DNA of 64,000 nt from Candidatus Thorarchaeota archaeon (GTDB taxonomy: Archaea; Asgardarchaeota; Thorarchaeia; Thorarchaeales; Thorarchaeaceae). The translations under genes and the position numbers were made by a program. Below the pieces are notes generated by a model. It did no database searches. It saw only the letters and a list, made by a program, of their open reading frames with translations, and was not told the origin of the DNA. The stretch spans positions 1 through 64,000 of the forward strand of contig JAFGAR010000025.1 in NCBI GenBank assembly GCA_016933575.1. Direction: 5' to 3'. Every line of letters begins with the position of its first letter. Position 1 is the stretch's first letter. This document shows positions 58,082 to 64,000 of this stretch, piece after piece.

Positions 58082-61024
58082 TTGTCCATAGAAGACGCCA
58101 TCACAGAAGCATCACCACTATCGTATCATTCAGTACCTCTTGAAGAAGTGCTAAGCACACTCCAAGTAGATACTTCTCATGGTCTTTCTATCGAGGAAGC
58201 AAAAAAGAGACTGATTGAATCCGGACCAAATTCCATACCAAGATACAGAGGTGCATTTTGGCAGGTCTATATTGCCCCGATCCTAAATTGGTTGATAACC
58301 ATCTATATTATCAGTTCCTTCGCTTTGGTCTTCATTGCTTTTACTTTTCCTTCAGAAGCCAACGCAATTAGTCAAGCTTCAATCTGGCTTGGTGTTGTTG
58401 CTGTGAATGCCATAGTAGCCATGATACAACAATATCGTGCTCAGAAAAAACTAGAGGCGTTGGAGAAACTCTCTGCAGGGGAAGCCCGGGTCATCAGAAA
58501 TGGAAAAGAAGCTTACATCTCACCAATTGACATTGTACAAGGTGATATTGTAAAACTGGAACAGGGTGATCGTATCCCAGCTGATGCACGTCTGGTGAAT
58601 TCCTCGAACTTGATGACTAATGAAGCATCTTTGACAGGCGAGTCTGTGCCAATTATTAAGAACGAAGATGCACACGTGGCTGACAATGCTCCCCTAACTG
58701 ATAGACTCAATATGGTCTATTTTGGTACTTATGTTGCCTCTGGAATGGCCACCGTGGTCACAACAGCTACTGGTGGACGAACTGAGATTGGTAAGATTCA
58801 GGGAACACTTGAGGCGTTGAACACTGGAGATATTCCACTACGGAGAAAGGTCAATCGTTTGGCAAAGTACCTCGGAATTGCAGCGATAATCCTGATGGCA
58901 GTATCAGTCATCTGGCAGGTGTTTCTATATCCATTCCTTCATGGAGATGTCTTTGACTTTAGTATCCAATATCTATCAGAACGGATTGGTGCAGGCATAA
59001 CTCGGGCAATGACCATTATGCCAATTAACATCCCATTACTTACGACAATTGTACTTCTTACTGGAGTTCTTGCAATGGCAAAGAGAGGCGTTATCATTAG
59101 AGACCTCTCAGCCGTTGAAAGTCTTGGTCGCGTGAGCGTTATTTGCAGTGACAAGACTGGAACAATGACAAAGAACCAGATGACCGTGAAATACTGCTGG
59201 GACTCACAGAACCTCTTCTCTGTAAAGGGCGATGGTTATAACCCTGAAGGAGGTATCTATCTTCTAAAAGGTGCTACTAATTCCAATCTCTTAGACGTCG
59301 AAGAGGAACTAGTTGATGATGTGTTCAGATGGAAAGGTCTCTTCCGCTTGATAAACTGCGGCGGTCTAGCAAACGATGCAGAGATCATAACAGAAAATCT
59401 TCCAGATCAAGGAACAATATGGGTTCCCCTCGGTGACCCAACAGATGCAGCATTACTCACCCTATTTCGAAAGAGTGGTATTGATGAGGTAGGAATCAAG
59501 GAACGTTACAAGATTGTAGAAGAATTCCCCTTTGAATCTGAGTTAAAGAGAATGTCCAAGATCTGTCAGGATGAGAAGAAGTTCATCGCTTTTGTCAAAG
59601 GCGCCACAGAAGTACTCATGCCTCTGTGCGACTATGTCAATGGGAAAGACACTCCCTCAAAAATTACTCCTGGACTTCTTGAAAGAGTGAATATCCTTAC
59701 GAATGATTTTGCCGCAAAGGGATATCGAGTGATCTCACTTGCATACAAACAAATGGACTCAGTCCCTACAGGCAATACAGCTCGTGAAATCGCAGAGAGT
59801 CACTTGATCTATCTCGGCTTTGCTTGCATTGTTGATCCACCCCGTGAAGGAGTAAAGGAAGCAGTCCAGGCATGCCACAGTGCAGGAATTAATGTAATTA
59901 TGATTACAGGTGATGCTGTGGCAACAGCAAAGACAATTGCAAAAGGTCTTGGTATTTTCGAAGAGAATTCTCTAGTTGCAGAGGGCTCTCAAATATATGA
60001 CCTAAATGATGAGGACTTTGCAAGAACAAATGTTTTCGCTCGTGTGAACCCAGAACACAAGCAGATCATCGTAGAGCGCTATCAGGACCAGAATAAGGTC
60101 GTAGCGATGACAGGGGATGGGGTGAATGATTCACTAGCTCTAGCGATGAGTGATGCTGGAATAGCTATGGGAATCACTGGTACCGATGTTGCGAAGGAAG
60201 CCGCTGATATTGTCATTACAGATGATAGCTTTGCTTCTATTGTTACAGGAGTCCATCAGGGTAGAGGTCTCTTCAATAAGATACGAATGATGATCTACTT
60301 CTATGTAGCAATCAATCTCTTTGAGAGTATCATCTTCTTCGGAGCATTGTTCATCTTACCGCACTATATTGAGCTACTAAGCACATGGCAGAGTCTCTAT
60401 CTTGTTGTCACTACGCACTCGTTTCCTGGCCTAGCTCTAGTATTCGATAGAACCTCGCCTCGAGCAATGGAAGATAAACCCCGTGACAGTCAGGAGATTA
60501 TAACCCGGAATCTTGCCAAAATTATGGGTGTCAATGTAGTTCTCATGACCATAAGTGCAGCCTTAGTTTACTTCTTGACTTTTGCAGGGTACGTGGCTGT
60601 CGCTCCGGAAAATATGACTGGTTTTTGGGAGATCTTCAGACCAGCTGAACCTAATTTATTCTATGATATCGAAGGTCCCATCTGGTCCTTGCTGAAATCT
60701 ACTAGCATGCTCCTATCAGTCATTCTTATCGTGGAGAGTACACTGGTTCTCCTCATTCGTAGAATCAATCTTCCATTGCACAAGAGCCTTCGTGAACCTG
60801 GAACCTGGATCTTTGTGATATTACTTGGCCTAATCTATCTAGCACATTTGCTATTGATGTATGTGCCAATGGTGAATGAGATACTTGCAACCTATGGTCT
60901 TCTCTTCTACATCATTCCTTTGACTGCCTTTGACTGGTTGATATGCATCCTATTAGCCCTCCCAACGATACTTGGTGTAGAGCTCTACAAGCGACGATTC
61001 AGAGAACGAGATGTGGATCTTTGA
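58082..61024 (+). CDS. P-type ATPase, P2A-like scaffold with non-canonical transport site
   Basis: LTGES, CSDKTGT, KGATE, DPPR, TGD, GDGVND; 10 TM; M4 reads MPINIP. Confidence 0.93.
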   Translation: MSIEDAITEASPLSYHSVPLEEVLSTLQVDTSHGLSIEEAKKRLIESGPNSIPRYRGAFWQVYIAPILNWLITIYIISSFALVFIAFTFPSEANAISQASIWLGVVAVNAIVAMIQQYRAQKKLEALEKLSAGEARVIRNGKEAYISPIDIVQGDIVKLEQGDRIPADARLVNSSNLMTNEASLTGESVPIIKNEDAHVADNAPLTDRLNMVYFGTYVASGMATVVTTATGGRTEIGKIQGTLEALNTGDIPLRRKVNRLAKYLGIAAIILMAVSVIWQVFLYPFLHGDVFDFSIQYLSERIGAGITRAMTIMPINIPLLTTIVLLTGVLAMAKRGVIIRDLSAVESLGRVSVICSDKTGTMTKNQMTVKYCWDSQNLFSVKGDGYNPEGGIYLLKGATNSNLLDVEEELVDDVFRWKGLFRLINCGGLANDAEIITENLPDQGTIWVPLGDPTDAALLTLFRKSGIDEVGIKERYKIVEEFPFESELKRMSKICQDEKKFIAFVKGATEVLMPLCDYVNGKDTPSKITPGLLERVNILTNDFAAKGYRVISLAYKQMDSVPTGNTAREIAESHLIYLGFACIVDPPREGVKEAVQACHSAGINVIMITGDAVATAKTIAKGLGIFEENSLVAEGSQIYDLNDEDFARTNVFARVNPEHKQIIVERYQDQNKVVAMTGDGVNDSLALAMSDAGIAMGITGTDVAKEAADIVITDDSFASIVTGVHQGRGLFNKIRMMIYFYVAINLFESIIFFGALFILPHYIELLSTWQSLYLVVTTHSFPGLALVFDRTSPRAMEDKPRDSQEIITRNLAKIMGVNVVLMTISAALVYFLTFAGYVAVAPENMTGFWEIFRPAEPNLFYDIEGPIWSLLKSTSMLLSVILIVESTLVLLIRRINLPLHKSLREPGTWIFVILLGLIYLAHLLLMYVPMVNEILATYGLLFYIIPLTAFDWLICILLALPTILGVELYKRRFRERDVDL

Positions 61025-61113
61025 AATGCATATACAATGTATATACTCATACATATCTGCTATAGGGATTCTATATATACCACATTAGAACAAAAAAGAT
61101 TGAGGACTTACTC

Positions 61114-61965
61114 TTGACACGAATGACGACTCATAAGATTGGTCAGATGAAGACCAAGAGCAAGAAGATAGTCATGCTCACAGCCTATGATGCACCTACA
61201 GCCTCGATTTTGAGTGAATGTGGTGTGGACATGATCCTTGTTGGAGACTCAGTGGGCAATGCTCTTCTTGGATATGAGAGTACAATTCCTGTCACCCTTG
61301 ATGATGTCATTCATCACTGCGCAGCTGTCTCAAGGGCACGACCGGATTCACTGATTATCGGCGATATGCCCTTTATGTCCTATAAGGTCAGTGAGGAACA
61401 GGCTCTCGAAAATTGTGCACTTATGCTTCAAGAGGGCGGAGCTGAGGCAGTAAAGATCGAAGGTGCTGGCCGAGTTGTTGATATTGTACAAGCTGTCGTA
61501 GATGCTGGTATCCCGGTCATGGGGCATATTGGCCTTACTCCACAATCTATCTTTCAGATGGGTGGTTACCGAGTCCAGGGAAGAACAGCAGAAAAGACTG
61601 AGCTGCTCGTTGAACAAGCCAAGCAACTTGAGGCGGCTGGAGCCTTTTCTATGGTCATTGAGCTAGTACCATCAGAGACCGCGAAGATGATAACAGAAGC
61701 AGTTAGTATCCCAACTATTGGAATTGGAGCTGGTCCGTATTGTGATGGACAGGTTCTTGTCCTCTGGGATATGTTAGGTCTCTTTGAGGACTTTAAACCT
61801 AAATTTGTCAAAAAATATGCATGTATTCGTGATGTCATCAAGAATGCAGTTTCCGAATATGCAGAAGATGTACGGAAGGGTACCTTCCCTGAAAAAGAAC
61901 ATAGTTTTGAGATGTCAGAAGAAGAAACTGGACGTCTGTATGGTAGAAGTAAGCCCTCCCGATGA
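61114..61965 (+). CDS. panB: 3-methyl-2-oxobutanoate hydroxymethyltransferase
   Basis: MLTAYD, LVGDS, DMPFMSY, VKIEG, GHIGLTPQ, GIGAG..CDGQVLV. Confidence 0.96.
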   Translation: MTRMTTHKIGQMKTKSKKIVMLTAYDAPTASILSECGVDMILVGDSVGNALLGYESTIPVTLDDVIHHCAAVSRARPDSLIIGDMPFMSYKVSEEQALENCALMLQEGGAEAVKIEGAGRVVDIVQAVVDAGIPVMGHIGLTPQSIFQMGGYRVQGRTAEKTELLVEQAKQLEAAGAFSMVIELVPSETAKMITEAVSIPTIGIGAGPYCDGQVLVLWDMLGLFEDFKPKFVKKYACIRDVIKNAVSEYAEDVRKGTFPEKEHSFEMSEEETGRLYGRSKPSR

Positions 61966-61984
61966 GGGCATGTCATAAGATATC

Positions 61985-62206
61985 TTACTCTTCGTCTTCT
62001 ACTACTTCATTGAGAACTTCAATGAGCTTGTCAGGATCGATGCCATGGGCAAGCGCACCCTGCTCAATGGTTTCATATCGTGCTGCTGCGCAGCCATAAC
62101 AGTGTAGCCCTGCTTCCATGAAGGCTCCGGCAGTCTCCGGCCATTTCATAACAACTTCAGCAATGCTCATATTCTTATTTACAGTCTGTGCCATTATAAT
62201 CACCAT
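61985..62206 (-). CDS. DUF1858 (hybrid-cluster-associated CxxC) protein
   Basis: MSIAEVV, GLHCYGC, ETIEQGA..HGID. Confidence 0.85.
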   Translation of the reverse strand: MVIIMAQTVNKNMSIAEVVMKWPETAGAFMEAGLHCYGCAAARYETIEQGALAHGIDPDKLIEVLNEVVEDEE

Positions 62207-62301
62207 TAACTATGGTTAATACTGTAAACTCGGAAATTGGATTAATATACTTTGCTTTCTGACCTATTTCTCAACCTTGATTACGGGACTCTGATGCAGG
62301 T

Positions 62302-62745
62302 CTACAGTATCATATTGTCTAAGCCCATCTCTCGTAGGACTTCAGGATAGATTTTATAGAGTGGCTTGATTTTCGAAAGTAGTCCAAGTGCCTTGGAAAC
62401 AGATCCCTCAAGCTTGACCTGTCCCCTAGCCATTGCCACCGTTGTGGAAAGTTTATCCTGCCAGAATTTGTTTGTTGTTTCTGATTTTGACCAGACCTTA
62501 ATCTCTGGTTCTACTGTACTATCAAATGTTAGAGTACCAATCTCGCCATCTGGTCCCGGGTCTCTAAAATTAATGGTCAGGTGTGCTTCAGGGTCTTCAA
62601 TATCAAAGCGTACTACAACTTGTGATGTAGCAAGTTTCTGCATTACTTCAGACTCTTTCTTTGCTTCTATCCAGAACTTGTTAAAAACTTCCATTAATTG
62701 ATCTTTACTCTCAAAGGCTACCAAAATAATGACCTCCGATAGCAC
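62302..62745 (-). CDS. SCP2 sterol/lipid-binding domain protein
   Basis: FWQDKLSTTVAMARGQVKLEGSVSKAL SCP2 signature. Confidence 0.8.
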   Translation of the reverse strand: MLSEVIILVAFESKDQLMEVFNKFWIEAKKESEVMQKLATSQVVVRFDIEDPEAHLTINFRDPGPDGEIGTLTFDSTVEPEIKVWSKSETTNKFWQDKLSTTVAMARGQVKLEGSVSKALGLLSKIKPLYKIYPEVLREMGLDNMIL

Positions 62746-62799
62746 TTCCTATGTAAATTGTAGGATAGAAGTCTTTTGGGTGATACTAAAGATTGCCCG

Positions 62800-64000
62800 T
62801 TAGTTAGTAAGAAGGTATCTCTCAATCTCCCAAGGAGTAATCTCTGAACTTGGTAGGTCTCCAGTAGCTTCAATGAATTCAGACCATTCCTGACCTCTGA
62901 TTCTCACCAAAGTATCCACAACGTTCTCTCCCAAGGCACTCCTTACGATTGTACTCCTTTCTAATCTCAATAGTGCATGAACTAAAGATTGTGGGAGTGA
63001 TTCAAGAGAACCAAGTGACTTGTACACATCTCGATCTGTAGGCACCGGTGCATCAAGTTTCCGTTCTATTCCAGCCAATCCACTAGCAAGAAGCACTGCT
63101 ATAGCCAAGTGTGGTGAAGATGAAGGATCGGGACATCTTATTTCTATTCTTGCTGACTTCTTTGAACCATTGAAATGAGGTATCCGTATCATAGTACTGC
63201 GATTTCGGTAGCCCCACGCTATGCTTGTAGGAGCTTCAAAACCGGGTACCAACCTCTTGTAGGAGTTTACAGTAGGTGCAAGAATTGCTGCTAGTTCGTG
63301 TGCATCCTCTAAGAGACCTCCAATAAAGTGCATTGCAAGCGGAGAGATTCCACTAGGTCTTTCTGTTGCAAATAGATTGTTTTCTCCTTGAAGATCCCAG
63401 ACACTCTGGTGTAGGTGCATCCCTGATCCGTTCTGATTAGAGAAGGGTTTTGGCATAAATGTGGCAATCAATCCTCGTCTGTAAGCAATCTCTGAGATTA
63501 TGAGCCTAGCAAGAAGTATGTTGTCTGCTGCCACTTCTGCTGAACAGTATTGAAGGCCAATCTCTTCTTGCCCCTGTGCGACCTCATGATGATGAGACGT
63601 AGTTGGAATGCCAACTGCCTGCAGAGTCCTGATAATATCGCGTCTAAAATCCAGACCACAGTCACTGGGCTGCGAGGAGAAATACCCTCCACGATCAAGA
63701 GGAACAAGAGTATCATCATGCAGTCGCCTGACAGTGAAGAACTCGAGTTCACTTCCAACCATTAACTGATATCCCATTTTGTGAGCTTTATCTACAATCC
63801 TTCTAAGGATATATCTTGGATCACTCAGATGAGGTTGTCCTGATATTTCGTGGACCGTGCATATGATATAGGCAGCGGCAGGATCCCACGGTTGGAGAGT
63901 TGGGGTGGCGCTAGAAGGGAGAAGGAGAAGATCGCTCTCGTTAACCGACGCATATCCAGGGACTGATGAACCATCGATAACAATGCCATTCTCAAGGACC
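62800..64000 (-). CDS. glnA: Glutamine synthetase type I family, 5' truncated by the window edge
   Basis: Frame open upstream of track start (IDGSSVPG...SDLLL...DPR); ELEF, HHEVA.GQ.E, TFMPKP, GSGMHLHQS, NSYKRL, NRS..IRIP, EIRCPD. Confidence 0.92.
   Translation of the reverse strand, partial: VLENGIVIDGSSVPGYASVNESDLLLLPSSATPTLQPWDPAAAYIICTVHEISGQPHLSDPRYILRRIVDKAHKMGYQLMVGSELEFFTVRRLHDDTLVPLDRGGYFSSQPSDCGLDFRRDIIRTLQAVGIPTTSHHHEVAQGQEEIGLQYCSAEVAADNILLARLIISEIAYRRGLIATFMPKPFSNQNGSGMHLHQSVWDLQGENNLFATERPSGISPLAMHFIGGLLEDAHELAAILAPTVNSYKRLVPGFEAPTSIAWGYRNRSTMIRIPHFNGSKKSARIEIRCPDPSSSPHLAIAVLLASGLAGIERKLDAPVPTDRDVYKSLGSLESLPQSLVHALLRLERSTIVRSALGENVVDTLVRIRGQEWSEFIEATGDLPSSEITPWEIERYLLTN

Noticed and set aside
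62800-63777. glnA as truncated pseudogene
   Set aside because: Frame stays open to the window edge with conserved DGSS and DPR motifs

Overview
A 64-kb, gene-dense archaeal chromosomal segment (GC roughly 40% by eye, GGTG(T)GA-type Shine-Dalgarno sites, many TTG/GTG starts). Gene content points to an Asgard archaeon, most likely Thorarchaeota (inference): a longin-fused Arf/Rab-like GTPase, longin/uDENN proteins, paralogous NosD-type beta-helix surface proteins and multi-PAS kinases. Housekeeping and metabolic genes include birA, RNase HIII, acr3-arsR, a PccB-like carboxyltransferase, a 5S/PycB-like carboxyltransferase with a biotin carrier, thiolase/DUF35/acyl-CoA dehydrogenase, leuB/C/D-like genes, a FAH hydrolase, GH36, a class II photolyase, panB, SCP2 and a partial glnA. 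I saw no rRNA, tRNA, CRISPR array or transposase. Strongest leads: (1) a P2A-like P-type ATPase whose cation site is rewritten (M4 PEGL to PINI, M6 Asp to His), echoing the Ile gate of P4 lipid flippases; (2) divergently transcribed from it, a prodomain-less subtilase resembling site-1 protease (MBTPS1); (3) a cluster with an NPRL2/3-like longin-wHTH protein, a longin-GTPase fusion and a steadiness-box-like coiled coil, preceded by a multi-branch structured leader; (4) a probable transcarboxylase whose 5S subunit carries a fused, duplicated epsilon/delta-like docking tail; (5) a thiolase and an Ntn hydrolase that each lack the nucleophilic Cys; (6) two zinc-ribbon microproteins missed by the ORF track, a likely CTG start, and several structured intergenic elements. 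All family calls come from motif recognition by eye; no database search was run.
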